DNA from: Paraspadella gotoi
Lineage: Eukaryota > Animalia > Chaetognatha
NCBI GenBank assembly: GCA_051294375.1
Contig: CM119267.1
Coordinates: 13,277,081-13,341,080, forward strand
DNA length: 64,000 nucleotides
Reading direction: 5' to 3'
The notes beneath the pieces were generated by a model. It searched no databases, was not told where the DNA came from, and was given only the letters and a program-made list of their open reading frames with translations. Shown here piece after piece: positions 38,101 through 52,300 of the stretch. A program made the translations under genes and the position numbers. Positions within the stretch are counted from its first letter, which is position 1. Each line of letters starts with the position of its first letter.

Positions 38101-38916
38101 CGACGAGCGGCGATGATCTTCGTTTTCTTTGTCGTCGGTCTCTGCGCGGTCGAGCCGCTTGGGCTTCTTCTTGCCTTCGTTTCTCCGCACGCAAGACAGG
38201 GCTCGCTTGAAGCCGCAGCCGCAACTCGCTCCCTTTTTTTTCTTTCTCGTCTTCGCGGGTTCGTCGTCGATGAGAATTCGATCGAGCGGAGATCGAGTCG
38301 AGTTGGACGGGATGGAGGGAGTTCGGACTGCGATGGGAAAATTGGGATTAGAGAGTAAGTTAGAGAGTTAGCTGTGTCGGTGTGACTGAGTGACTCTCAC
38401 ATAAATCTGCTTCAAAACTTTTTTTTTAACTTTAAAAGGTTTTATGACATTTTTAATCATTATTTAATCAATATTGTCTTTAAAGATGTTTCGTTCGTGT
38501 CTCGAAACTCTTTTTTCTGAAATAATTATCATTCCTCCCATCCCTCACCGGATGTTGATGTTGACTCAAAGTCCCCGTATCCCAGGGTCCCCACGCTCGT
38601 CTTTTCTCCCGGTCGGGTTACGTGCGTGTAGCGGTGACGCTTGACTTCCCGCCACGAAGTCGGGGCGTTGGACGCGCTTGACTCGGGCGCGGCGATGCCT
38701 AACGAGATGGGATGTGTGGGAAAAAAGAAAAGCAGATCAGGCGGAGAGTCTCGGTGGAGAATGTTGAGAATTATGAGAATAAAATAAAAGCTCGGATATA
38801 TACTTCGTTTATTCTGTTTACGATACACGCTTTAAAAAAAGACGATGTTTGAATAATCGTTGCCAATTCATCCGAAGCAGGGAGGGATGCAGAAAAAAGG
38901 AGAAAAATACTTTGTG

Positions 38917-38991
<75 letters not shown>

Positions 38992-40207
38992 TGAATGAAT
39001 ATAAACGAATACGGTCTTGGGCATTGGGCACGCCTATTGCGGCCTATTTAGCCTTTTGGCTCAGATAGTAATATCGTTACGCATTGAACAGATGACTGTG
39101 TTCAACATTTAAGATACTAAACATTACAACGGAAATAGTTGAGAACACGATTTTTAAAAAAATTAGTGTGTTTAGGACAATCAAAACCGTAAAATTTAAG
39201 ATAACAATGATTAGATGTAATATCTTTGTTTTAACAAAACGTAATTGGAGATTTGTACGTCTTAGGGTCATCAAGTTTCATTTCTTCTAAGATGTCTCGA
39301 AAAAGTTAATTGTTTTTTTTTTTAATGTTTTCTAGCCTTCCTTTGGCTCTTGAGATGATTTTGTTTTTGAGGTAGGATTCTCCTGCTGCATCTTATACGA
39401 GCTTTGCTGATGTATGGCCCTCAAATGTAGCTTCTCTAATTTAAACCACTGATGATCGGACATTGTAAGCCAGATGACACTGGAGTAATCAAAAATAGAA
39501 GTGACAAGGCTATTGTAAATCTAAAACACAGATCTAAAGTTGTTTATTTTTCCTTTGTTTGCTAGTTTTTTGATGGCCATGATTTTGGTTTTTGCTTTGT
39601 CAGTGAGTTGGTCAATGAATTTGATCCATTGTAGTTTATTATCTAGGACCATCAGCAGTTTGAATTCCTTGTTGAAAAGTAGGGTAAAGTTCTAGAGAAC
39701 CATTATGATGGCTTGGACACCTACTAAATATGGTTGAAACTGATTTACCTGGTGATAATTGTAATTGCCAGGTTTCACACCGTCTTACAATTTTGCTTCA
39801 TCTAGAGTTTTCCCGCTCGCCCAGATGGATGTGTCATCTGCGTACTTTGCACCCCTGCTTACCAAACCATGTTCGGTTGGAAGATCGTCCACGTAAAAAG
39901 TAAAGATGTTTGGACTGATTATCCCTCCCTATGCTGCACCTTTTTGCAGCGTTACTGTTTTAGATATAGTGTTGCCGTAACAACATTTATCTCTCTCTGT
40001 TGTAAGTATGAATTGATGATTCTTATCAGTTCTTCTGGATATCTGGCTTTAAACATTTTTAAAATGAGGCCATCGCTTCACATTTAGTTAAAAGCGACTG
40101 AGAAATCTAAAGCAACAGCATGGGTGCACTTTCTTTTTCGAAATCCAGAGTAGATACGAGTCTTACTCCATTCTCTTGAGCACCCCTATTTTTTATGTAA
40201 GCAGATT

Positions 40208-40257
<50 letters not shown>

Positions 40258-41521
40258 CAATGTCTTTTTCTTTTCCTTCTTGTTATTTTTGGTCCTCCAT
40301 GAATGAATGAATGAATGAAATTCAAAAAAATAAAATTTCGGTCCTACTTTTCCAAACCAGTATATATATATACAAGTATATATTATTATTGGCAAACCAG
40401 AATTTGAGAACCAGAGACTTTGTCGGTCCGTCGGTCCGCCCCCTCAATCTTGTCGGGCACTCACTTATATCATGTCAGAACATTGAATTATGATAAATTA
40501 TGCAAAAATTAGAAAAAACGAAAAAATATATTTCACTATTTGAACGCCAGTTACTCATGAGTGCATGGGGCGAGTGACCTGAAATTTTGTATGTGGGTAG
40601 GAAAGTGTGTGATTAAACTGGAAATCAAGTTTCTATGGAATTGTCTGAGTGGAAATGAGTTTAAATAGAAAAACCAAAAAACCTGTTTCACTAATTGATT
40701 ATGCTTCTTTTTCTTTTCATATTAAATGTAAATGCAAGATGTATTAATTAATAAAATAATTAATCAGTTAATTAATCAATTAGTCAATTAATTAATAATT
40801 AAATAAGCAGTCAATTAATTAAGTCAATCATTATCGGAATTATTCTCATCGTCGTCATTGCTTTTGTCGTAGTTAGTGACGAAAAGACCTAAAAACAAAC
40901 ATTTGGGATCAAATTAATTAATTAATTGCCTAATTAATTATTAATTATATAATTATTAATTAATTAATTAATTACCGATAATGATCGTGTGAAGATCCGA
41001 CATTGTTTGCTCAAACTTGTTTATTAACTTCCTTAGATTGAAATATCAAGGTGTCAAATAATAGAGAAAAGGGAAACTGATTTAAAAAAGTATGATGATA
41101 TTATAACGGGAGAAAATCATGAAAAGGGAAAATAAATTTTAAAAATGCGTTAATAATAAGCAGGGCCGTTAAGCTTCTATTGCGTAATAAATTTTAAACT
41201 TAAACAAGACTTCAACTTGACTATGAATATCCCATCATCTTCACGCTCACCTTCACCGTCGTGGGAATAATCCACGGAGTTGTCCAGCGACACTCCGGAG
41301 TCTAAGTCTCCGGATTTTCTGAATCCCCCTGAGGCGCCGCTCGATGACCTCCTCGTCCGCAGCGCGATGTCGAGGAATCGCCGAGGTTTGGAGCGGCGCT
41401 GTCGGCGAGACCCTTGGCAAAGGACAAGGGCGAAGCCCGTGAGAACTATGACGAACGCAAGGACGACGACGACGAGGACGACGACGACGAAAAAATCGTC
41501 TCCATGAAAAATAGTTTTCAT
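32197..41521 (-). CDS. giant single-pass membrane protein with acidic N/D/K-rich disordered region and tandem repeats, ~2,180 aa
   Basis: Exon1 41521-41251 (ATG, hydrophobic FFVVVVLVVVVLAFVIVLTGFALVLC, donor G|GTGAGC); exon2 38698-38549; exon3 from 38327 to the stop at 32197, or to a donor at 32217 joining a 26-nt terminal exon at 31402-31377. All junctions phase 1. About 6 kb of uninterrupted ORF. Confidence 0.75.
32340..33760 (-). repeat. coding minisatellite, ~31 units of 45-48 bp (consensus peptide PD(N/D)INDEGIKPNEGSI)
   Basis: Recurrent AGGCTTGATCCCCTCAT motif on +. Unit length changes are multiples of 3. Confidence 0.92.
39300..40185 (-). pseudogene. decayed non-LTR retrotransposon (LINE) reverse-transcriptase fragment
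   Basis: Minus strand gives AVALDFSVAF, AKYADDTSIW (YADD) and LDNKLQWIKFIDQL...IYNSLVTSIFDYSSVIW, with stops and frameshifts. Confidence 0.8.
40417..41021 (+). mobile_element. HINE/DINE-1-like copy (5'-truncated, internal deletion)
   Basis: GTCGGTCCGTCGGTCCGCCCCCTCAATCTTGTCGGG start, one core unit, GATCCGACATTGTTTGCTCAAACTTGTT end. Lies in intron 1 of the giant TM gene. Confidence 0.75.
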
Positions 41522-43440
41522 CGACGTTGGGAAAATGATTTAAATATTTCTTATTCTTCTCCTTCCTCCTTCTATCGTCGCGATAGCGATTTCGTATTCA
41601 TTTAATTTGGAGAGGAACCTCTTTTGGTCGGACGAACGACGACGACCACAACGACCACAAAAACTACGACGACGACGACGATGCCAACGAACCTCGACGA
41701 TTTTGTTTCACGCGAACTTACCTTTCTCGTCGTCGTCTAAGTCGTCGTCGTCTCCCGTCCTTCGTTCCGCCGCAGGGTGCCGCGCCGTAGCCGGCGCCGA
41801 CGCAGCGAGGGAGGAGAAACCAGCGCCGATTGGTCTGCGCTGCGTCGACGGCGACGCGGACAAGCGTTCGGTGCTCCTCATGACGTCGGACCGGGGGGGG
41901 GGGAAGAAGGTAAGGAAGAAGGTAAGGAAGAAGCTGATAGGAGGAAGAGGTTGATGAAGAGAAAAGGATAGTGGGAAAGGAAAAGGGGGCAAGAGAAGGA
42001 GTTGTTGTCTCGCCTCTTAGTTCCTGAGACTCGAGGTTCCGGGAGAAATTTCAAGGGGGAACTTTGCGGAAAATTGGCTGCGAAAACCTTAAGTGGGGAG
42101 AAATCGAGAAGGGGGGGGGGTGGAGTGAATAATACAGATTAGGAATCGAATAATAAATCGAATTGTTCAGAGGGAAAAGGGCACTTATCTTAAGGAAAAG
42201 AAAATTCTTCTCTCTGAAAATACTTTGGAAGGAAAATATTAAAGGGTCAATATGCTTTTTAGGCCAGCCTTTGGAATAATAAATTCCATATTTTACATAT
42301 TTTTTTAAAATTATGTACGGTATACTCTCGGGAAAGGAAATTTAACAGTCGGGTGAGGTAGTGTCACGATTTTAACGAATCTAAGGAAAAATTGAGAGGA
42401 TAATCCGGTGAGATAGTCAGAATAAACTACAATGGAGAGAGAGAATTTGGAAAGTAGCAGAAAAACTAGAAGAAGAAGGTAATTAATAGCAGAAGTTATA
42501 AAATGACTATTTTTTGCAAAGTTCCAATCGCCGCAAAGCAGAGAAAGAGATTAGAATTCGAAATTCTCTGTCACCCAGAACTGGCATCTTCCTCTCCAAA
42601 AGAAATCGTGTCTTCAACACACACTCCATCCAAGAAAAAAAAAAATATCAAAGAAAGTTTCTGCAAGACTCGACTGTCAAAAAAGGAATTATCTTGCCGA
42701 TCGGAGCGGGAAACGAAGCTCCTGACCTTCTTCGCTGACGTCCGAAATCAAAACAAAAAAAAGCAAAATTGAGTCGAATGAACGACAGCCGAGTCATTAG
42801 TCAATCTTAGGACCGTTTGGATTCGATTTCAATGGAACAATATGAGATTGAATAAAAAAACACTAAAGGTTCTCATCCTCGGGAATAATTTTTTTTCTTC
42901 CTGTTTTAAAAAAGAAATTGCGTTGGCGGGATCTGCAAGTGATCCCTTTGATCCTCCCTACATTTTTACACCCGAAAAATAAAAACAAAAACCTCGAGGC
43001 TTTGTTGTGTCTACAACCGTCACCCCCGCCCTTCAACTCCAGATTTTTAGGGCAATCAGTCAATTCAAGGCTTTGTCTTTGACTCCTCTTACCTTCTCTC
43101 GAATTTCCAGGTTTTCTCGCGGTTTTCGATCGAACGATTGAATTCCATCGGGATCGTCGTCGTCGTCGTCGTCGTCGTCATCGTCCTTTCCCTCATCGAA
43201 GGCGCCATCGTTCACAATGTTCGTTACGTCATCGTTTACGGTTTTTTGTTTTTTGTGTGTTTTTTTTTTGCAGGGAGAAGAGAGAAAACAATCTTAAGTT
43301 AAAAAGATCGTTTTCCTTCGTGCAGATAACCGAGAAAAAAAAAGGTTAAAAAGATTTTAAAATACAATACAAAAAAAATTTCGTTTTCCGTCGATAAACC
43401 CGAAGAAAGAAAAGGTGAATGGAAAAAACGCAAAACAACG

Positions 43441-43550
<110 letters not shown>

Positions 43551-44699
43551 CATTGTTGGGTGCCAAATGTTTTTGACCACCGGATTAGATTTGATTGTCC
43601 GCTACAGAGAGTTTGCAAATAATTGCTGCCAGTACAACCAGATAATTTTAAAATTGTACAAAATAGAAGAAAAAAAGAAAACATTTTCATGACTAAAAAG
43701 TTGAATAATAATATCTAAGTACAGAAATGAACAACTCCATTAAACACATTGCAAGACTAACAAAAGATTTTAAAAAAATAAGAAAGGCGAAACTTCCGGT
43801 CGCAAATGAAAAGAGCTCACCTCAGTTGGAGGACAAACGAAGAGCAAACAAATGATCAAGACGAGAAAAAAAATATGTGTTGCTGTGAACGACAGTTTTT
43901 TCTTTTTTTAGTTTTGGCACTTTTTTTGGGGTAGATTCGAATTATAAAAAAAAATTTAAAAGGTGACCAGAAAGAATTTCACTAATTTCTCTGCTCAGAC
44001 TCTTTTTCCTTAGCTTGGTCTACACTTGGTCGTTGCTTGATTTCAATGTTTTTGTTTTCTTACGATGGCGTTGGCGTTGTTTTGGTTACTCATACCGAAG
44101 ACGGCGAATTCATTTTGGTGACTTTTCATTTTTTGGAATTGCGCAGTGGCCCCTCAAAAAGTGAAAGCTTTCGAGTAAGCGGAGCCTTATTCGGTCCAAA
44201 TGGAGAAAGCGGATTTTTTTAGTAAAGAAAAAATAAAGCGCAGGCCAAATGCGCTTTCTCCGCGACCAGGTTAAATTAATATTTTTATTACTTTTATTTC
44301 GAAGAAAGTTCGTTAAATAGTAAAAGGTTGTATTTGACGATAGAAAGAATATATTTTTTTTCTTTGTTAGGCCTGGGTCCAGATTTTTCGCATGAATCTA
44401 ACCTGACATTAATCTCCCCCCAAGGATCTTAACTCTTGGGTTAATCCCCGCCGACACGCGGACCGCGCGGGAGGTCGTTTTATCTCTCTCTCTCTCTCTG
44501 TCATCCTCTTTTCCTCCCTTTTTTTCCTTTCTTTTTCTTACTCTCTACCTTTTTCTCCTCACTCTTTCTCCTTCTCACTCTCTTTCTCACCCCTTTTTCT
44601 CTTTTGTTTTCCCCTCGAGTCTCACGAGAAACAAATAATCGAGGGTCCTCCGCCAAAGAGGGGATTCCTGACGCGTCACCGACTCTGGAATGTCGACAA

Positions 44700-44740
<41 letters not shown>

Positions 44741-45766
44741 TTTTATTTTATTTCCTTGCTCCCTTTCTTTCCTTCTTTATCCCTCACTCGTCTCTCTTTC
44801 ATATTCCTAATTTATTCCTATTCTTAATTCGAGCATTCTTTTTTTTCGCTATCTCCCTCTCTCTCTCTCCCTCTCTCTCTTCCCGACCAAGTCGCCCACG
44901 CTGAAAATCCATTTTTTCCCAAATAGGGAAAAGCCGTCTTGGTTCTCACCGGGGCGAAACCTGATCAAAAAAACCTCCGGTGAATTCGACGATTTATTAA
45001 TTATGCAAATAAATCGCCGCCGCCGCCGATTTAGAGAATGAGAGGGAGACAAAAGAGAAGAATTCAAGAAAAATATACTGGGGACAGAGACAGAGATACT
45101 GTGGTTTTTTTTTCGCTATGCTTTTACTCCCCCTCCTTTGTCAATTGTGAGGGAGTTTCGAAGAGCATTTTTTGGGGGGTACTAGGTGCTCGATAATCGA
45201 TCATAGCGTAGAGAAAAAGGACTTTTACTGTGTTTAGGTACAATACATGCGCCAAAATGTCACCTGATCTTCTGTCCTTATGACCGGGTCAAATGTCCAA
45301 CGAACCTATCGAAAGATACGGGGGCGACGAGAGAGATTCCACTTTTTTATATTCATCGCTTCGCCAATTTTAAAAAAAAAGAATTTTCACTGATATTTTA
45401 CTCGAAAAATTATATTCTCACAAAAACCCAAAAAATATTTTTCAAATTTTTTACGAGTCGGATCTCTCGTCAGCGTCTCGTACTCTCCCCCTGGTATCCA
45501 TGGCAACGCCTTCTCCCTCTTGTTTTCGAGGATGTTATGATTTCTCTTGTTTTTTTCTTTAGCGATATTTTTTGAATAAGACCCTGTTTGCGAATCGAGG
45601 AAGCGGATGTTTGAATAGAACGGAAAACCTGGAAAGTGGGAGGAGCCGGGTGGCGCGGAGTGGCGGAGCATCGGAGCAGCTGGCAAAATGGCACGCACGA
45701 TCGGTAGGCGTGCATCGCGATTGGAAAATGAGGATCGAGATGCTTTTTTTTGGGGTTTTCTTTATA

Positions 45767-46713
45767 CAGAGTGTCTCAAGCGTACAGTCACTTTACAAAT
45801 GAACACTGTGTCAAATTGGTTACATGAATGATTAATTTGAAAGAACTACCGGAAAGATGAGTTCATACAGTTTTTTATGATATCTCCATTATCATGTTTA
45901 TTTGTACTTTTGTTGACACAATGCAAATGAGGGGGGATTTTTGGTTTGAAAATTGATCAAAAAATTTAGGTGATGTTAAATTTTTAAAGTTGTCCTGCTT
46001 TTGGTAAAAAAAAAAACTGTTTATGTTATATTACAGAAAGCTACTATGTTTTTTGAGCCTTTGCCTAAGATTTTTGTAGATTAGGAATAATTGATGATGA
46101 TGATAATGATTTCAGAAGAGAAGATTCAAAGAATAATTGTGAAGAAAATTTGCTTTCATGAACGCTTATTAAGTTTACCTTCGGGAAACTGTGAAATGCT
46201 ACAATTTAGTATGCATATAAAGTTAGATGTATATAGTATATCTTACTACTATAACTATTTTCCAGCATACTGCAGCTAATAAGCATTGCCAATGTAATTG
46301 GCTTTGTCAAACCAGTTGTATATCTGTAACAATTTTTAAATTAAAACCTATCAAATACTCTTAAATCTGGACTATGGTAAAAATCTGTCAGGAAAGGCCT
46401 ATGACCATGACCATACCGTGGCGACATATTATTATGTAACCGAGTAGCTGAAAAAAAAATCCTTTGGGTATTTAGAAACATTTGAATTTTTCAAAATTTA
46501 TAAAAAGTTATTTCCGACATTTACTTGATAATGATGATAATGATGATAATGATAATGATGATGATAACATGTGACATAATTGTTTGATTTTAAAAATAAA
46601 GACATCAAATGAAACTGTAAGAACTTCTGGATCAGTACAGTAAATGCATTTTTAATAAATGTACTGATTCACTGTATTCATTTGTAAAGTGACTTTACGC
46701 TTGAGACACTCTG
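45767..46713. mobile_element. Tc1/mariner-type MITE
   Basis: TA|CAGAGTGTCTCAAGCGTACAGTCACTTTACAAATGAA ... TTCATTTGTAAAGTGACTTTACGCTTGAGACACTCTG|TA; ~40-bp TIR, TA TSD. Confidence 0.85.
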
Positions 46714-46752
46714 TATTTTAAGAAAGCTTAAAAATCGGTTTCACGTTTTCTC

Positions 46753-46848
<96 letters not shown>

Positions 46849-48166
46849 GCATTTATCTCTTGTATTCATCGTCCTCGGCTGAAGTGGAGATTTAAGTGTT
46901 CCCGCCCCCGGGCGCCCGCCCCGCCCCCTTTATCGCCAATAAAATACAATTCTGTCCCTTACAGTAAAACCGCTTTTTATTCCCAATGGTACCCTTTTGC
47001 GCTCTCTCTTTACGTCACAGATCCGAACGTCGCGCTCATCGTCGTCATCGTTATCGTCATCCCAGCTTTCTTGTATTTTTTCCTGATCAAACTTGAAAGC
47101 CGATTAGGGAAAAAAACAACGGCCAAGAGAGAAACTCTTCTCAGCCAATCAGCATAATCGCGTCGAGAATTCGTAAAATCCCGGTTTTTTAAGGTCATTG
47201 TTTTATATATATTTAAATTTTTAATAGAACAATTATTGTTTTTACCTATTAATGCCTATAATCAGCCATCCCTTCTCTATATATATCTTTCTCTCCTTTC
47301 CATTTCGATTATTCTTCACAATTAAACCTTAGCTTAGGTTATGGCCATTTGTGTTCTGTTCTCATTCGGTGAACATGAGTAAAAAATTAAATACAAATTG
47401 TATAAATCAAGGAATTTTGCAATAAGCCTTTGGAAGTCATTTTTATCGGTCAATGTCGAACCGAGCTCTCGTTTTGCGTGCCACAAGCGCTGATATTTAA
47501 AAAAAAATTTTTTAAGAAAAAGATATAAAGAGAGAGAAAAAGTGAGAGTCAGACAGAGAGAGAGATTGTCTCCTTCTAATATATAATTCTAATTCTTTGT
47601 ATTTTTTCTCTCTTTTCGTTGCGAGTTTGAATTTAAGGAAATATTTCGGCTCAGAAAATGCCGAAACATGTACTGTTTTAATAACAATACAAATCGTTGT
47701 CTCTGCAATTAAAAATATTTCCTTAAATTCTAATTCTATACGCATATTTTCGAGAGACGCAAAGCGGTCGAGAAAGGGGAGTGGATCTCGCTGGAGCGGC
47801 TGGGGAATTCAGATGGAAGAGATGATTGTACGAGGAAGGCCGTGGAGAGATTGGTCAGAGGGCGGGGTGGGGCTGGAGCGGTGGGCGGCTCGTCAGTCGA
47901 CCGGTCTTCATTTGCCCTTCAATTATCCCAGGCCCGGCTCCGGGTAATCCAGCCGCTTTTGGAATGGCTTAGAGAAATTAGATCAGTTTCGGGGAGAAAG
48001 GATGAAGGATGGAAAAGAGAGATGAGAGAAAAAGAAAGAGAAGGAAAAAGAAAAGATTTTTATGTCAGAAGCACTCTCAGAAATGGAAGGAGTCTGGCTT
48101 TCTGCGCATAAGCATTGAGCAATGGTTAATTAGCCGGCCAATGGCGCCACCACTAGGCGGAGTCTA

Positions 48167-48217
<51 letters not shown>

Positions 48218-49336
48218 GTCCCCCTCCCTTTTTCTCTTCTTGAAAAAATTCAGCAAGGTCAACGAGAGAACAAAACACTGATTTGACCGTAAGAATCAGG
48301 GCTCTGAAAAATATTTATAAGCTTGTTTATTGGTTTTCGTTCTCTCATTAATTGGAGTCGCCTAAAAGTTATTTTCATTTTTTGTGTGTGAATCAATGAA
48401 GTTAAATAAATAAATGACTCAAACGACCAACGAATTCGATCGCGGCGCAATTTGTCTAAAATCTCTTCTTACAATTTTTTTACCCACTGCCGTCATTCGA
48501 ATTCAGGAACGAGAGAGAAAAAAAAAAATTCTCGAATGTCGCCAAAATTAGAATTTTAGGCTCAAAACCGATAAAAAAAAAGGTTTTTTTTCTTTCTTTT
48601 TTTTCGATTTTTTAATGACATTTGGAGAAAGTTTACTCGAGAAACACGCACTCATACCTCAACAACTTTTGTTCGTTCAAAGAGGAATCGAATTTCTCCA
48701 TTCTTGCGACGACTTCTCAACATCTCAAGATTTATCGCATTTACGCTGACAAAAGGTACGAACGAAAATGTCAATTTAGAAATAGAGAAGTCTATAAATA
48801 ATATTTATTAAATATCATTTGTATCATGAATTTAAAATATTTAGCTTCTACTTCTTACAATACTAATAAAAATCTATGAAACTTGGAACCCGCTGGTTTC
48901 TCATAGTCTGCGTATGAATGAGATTCGAATCAATGATGTGAAGCCGATTACGAAATCACGGAAAAGTTTTTTTTTCACTTGAAAAAAAAAAGCCTTCTCT
49001 TGAAATCCTCTTGTCTTGATTTATTCCAATTATTTAAGTAGATTCTCTGTTGTCGGATTAAGAGCGAAACTTTTTTTTCTGTGTCGTAAAATCTGTGCAA
49101 ATAACTTTTCTTTCATTTCCTGTGAACGAGGTCAACTTCATCTAATGGGTCATTGCGACTTTTTTTGTAGAGCAAATAGACGGCTTATATTTAGTTTGGC
49201 ACGGATTTAGGAAAAACGCCTTTTTTGAAAAATATATATTCTTTTTGTTCAGTTTCCACAAGAGTGACTTATTAATAATTCATCAATTATTTACATATAT
49301 CCTGATCGACGCCAGTTTCGTTCCGTCGGCCAACAG

Positions 49337-52300
49337 ATGGAAGCCGAAGACGAGGAAAAAGAAAATTGCGGCCAAAATACGGCGGAAGACGCTAGCGCCG
49401 CCAATGATGACTTTTTGGATTGCAATGATCTTTTGTTGGACGCAGAACCGGGATCCTTCGTTCAAAGAACGGTGATTGGGTGTTTACGAATACTATAATT
49501 CGGATACATTATTTGAACTTAGCGTTGAATTTCGAAAAAAGTAACGATTTAAAAAAGAAGACAACTGTTATAAAAATAAAAAGCCTTATGATTGTCATAA
49601 TCTTCACTCAGACGGAATTCGTTCACGAATCGATCACCACGACGAGAATCGTGAGGAGGAAAGACAACAACAACAACGAGGAAAACCTCAACGACGACGA
49701 CGCGAATAAGTTTCGCGTTTATCGGAAAAGAGAGACGACGGAACCGCGAAAAGGTACAACCGGGAAGTATAAACGACGATGATAATTTATTATAGTAAAT
49801 TAATACGTTAAATAACAAATGTTGCTTCTTTATTTTTTTTTTCATTTTAAGTGAGAGACGAGGTTAGGAGGGGATCTTGCGGAAAATGGCCGAGCCACGA
49901 GTTTTCAACTTCGTTTTCAAATCAACTCGGCCGCGGAAGAAAGGTAGACTACTTTGTAGAGATGCGGTCTTAGCACTTAGTAGTTGAAGCCATTCCTATG
50001 CAGTCTGCAATCTTAGACTTGGAAGTAAATTAAGACAATAACCCCCTGAAATTGTACATTTTTTCTTTTTCATTTGTTTCTGTTTAATTAGCTTTTCCTT
50101 CCTACAAGGAAGATTTGTCTCTTACTTTCTCTATTATGAGCATTTTCCCTTTACTTTCTATAAAAATTCGCTCATCTGTCTGCACCCACTAGATCTTTAC
50201 TTGTATTGCTTTACACAAAATAAAAAAAATTACATGTTTTAGACTTAATAAACCAGATGGCTATACAAATATAAAAACATTTTTAAAAGCAAAATAGCAA
50301 TAAAATTTAGTTTAAGTATATCTACCAAAGGTTTTAATCTTTTTTTCATACAAAATAACATTCCCTATAAATTGATTACCCTATTCTACGAGAAGGCTCT
50401 AAAAAGAAGAAACCTTTTTGTAAGACAATGGAACATTCAAAATAAACTTTATCTGCACCCATTAGATCTTCAATTGAACCTGGTCTTCAACAAAATAGCA
50501 ATTGTTTTTATTATCTTAAATCTTTAAAAAAAAAAATTTAAATATTTTTTCTTATTCTATTTTATTTAATTCTTTTTCTTATTCTATATTCAATGCAAGA
50601 GATCAAGGAATTTCAATCATATATCGAAACGAAAATAATATGGTTTTAATAAAATATAAAATATTATTAGTGCCGCAGTAACAGTTCACTTTAAGCCCTT
50701 GAAAGTGATCTACATTTATTGGCGCAGTCACTGGTATTTTTTATTTATCACATCAACTCTAATTACTAGAGCTTTCATTATCAAAAAACTGTCAACACAC
50801 CTTTCTACTTTACTCGCTCTTCCAGACGGCCTTGTCGACTTCTTGCAACACTCTCCCCAGAGGCGTCTCGTCCAAAACGTGGACGAGATCCTCGAGCGAC
50901 GCATTGAGACCGAATTTGACGAGAAACGAGAGCCGATCGGCGCAGTCCCTCTCTTGCGCCAGAGGGCGTGACTGGTCTAACTCGATCACTCGGTCGTTGT
51001 ACCAGCCGAGTTGGGCGACGTCGAAGGAGGAGTTGGGTGGCGTCGGGATTTCGAAGGTGGGAGGTCGAAGCGGTTCGTCGACGGCGAGCGTGGTTTTAGA
51101 AACTAAGCGAAATGTCGGGGGTTTGGGCAGGGAATTCGTCGACGTCGGGAAAGCGAAGGAATTTAAAAAAGAAGGTGAACCCCAGCTGCAAGCACAGGAA
51201 TCCACGCGTTTGGCGCAAACAGAAGAATCGTCGCAAGTGGAGAAATCCATTCAATCGACACAAGCTGAGGGTTCCAAGCAAGTTGAGCGATCGCTCCAAG
51301 CAGACGGATTCAGGCAGTCAATGCAAGTAGAATCCATGCAATCATTACAATCAGAAGGATCACAGCACTCAACGCAAGCAGAAAAATTCACGTCATCGAC
51401 GCTGATGGATGGTTCTAAGCAATCTTCACAGAAAAATGAATCGTTGAGCTCGTCTTCAACGTCACCTCTCGACCTCGTAACAACTGACGGAGGTTTCGCC
51501 AATTTTGCGACCGCATCCGACGCCACGTCAAAGTCAATTTCCTTGTCAAGAAATTCCACTTTGACCGACTTGGAAATCTCCGATCGAAGTAAAATCGTCG
51601 CCGCTTTTCTATCAGTCGAGACGTCTTCTCCTTCTTCAACGGCGTCGTCTTCATCATCAGACGTCAAATCGTCGTCGTCGGCACCGACATCCACTTGGTC
51701 GTCATTGTCTCTTTCGCCGCAAGTCTCGTCCGATGGAATCGTCGTAGATTCCGCGGGCGAAGTCTCCGACTCAATAATGGATCTCGATGTGAAGCGACAA
51801 AATTGGAAAGAAGTTGACGAGAAGTCGCAACGGGAAACGGAGTCTTTATCGAGGACGACTCGAGATGGTTCGAAGGATAACAGCAGTCGTGACGAATATT
51901 ACGGATCGACTTTGGGGATAGAACAACCCCGAAAGTATTTCGATCTCCATAAAAAGATCGAGGGTGGCACTGACATCTCATTCGACGTTCAAAATCAACA
52001 ACGGGTTTACGAGAATGCTCAAGAAAAGGCCATGAGCCAAGTGTTGAAAGAGATTACAAACGAATCTCACTATGAACGTCTTCGTCGAGCTCCAACGGAG
52101 CGACCCGATTGCAATAAAGCGCCTCTTGTGGTACCACCGAAGCCTCGTAGATATTTTCGGCCGCTACCACCGCCGCCTCCGCCTCCGCTGCCGCCGTCGC
52201 GGCCGCCGCTGCTAGAAGTATTTAAATTCTCGCAGCCTTTTTCTGACGAATCTGAAATACGAGAGCGAGAATCAGAATCGGAAGAGAAGATCGAAAGCGC

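Noticed and set aside
45804-45810. Another CACTGTG heptamer
   Set aside because: It lies inside the TIR of the TA-flanked Tc1-type MITE, with no partner or 5-bp TSD.
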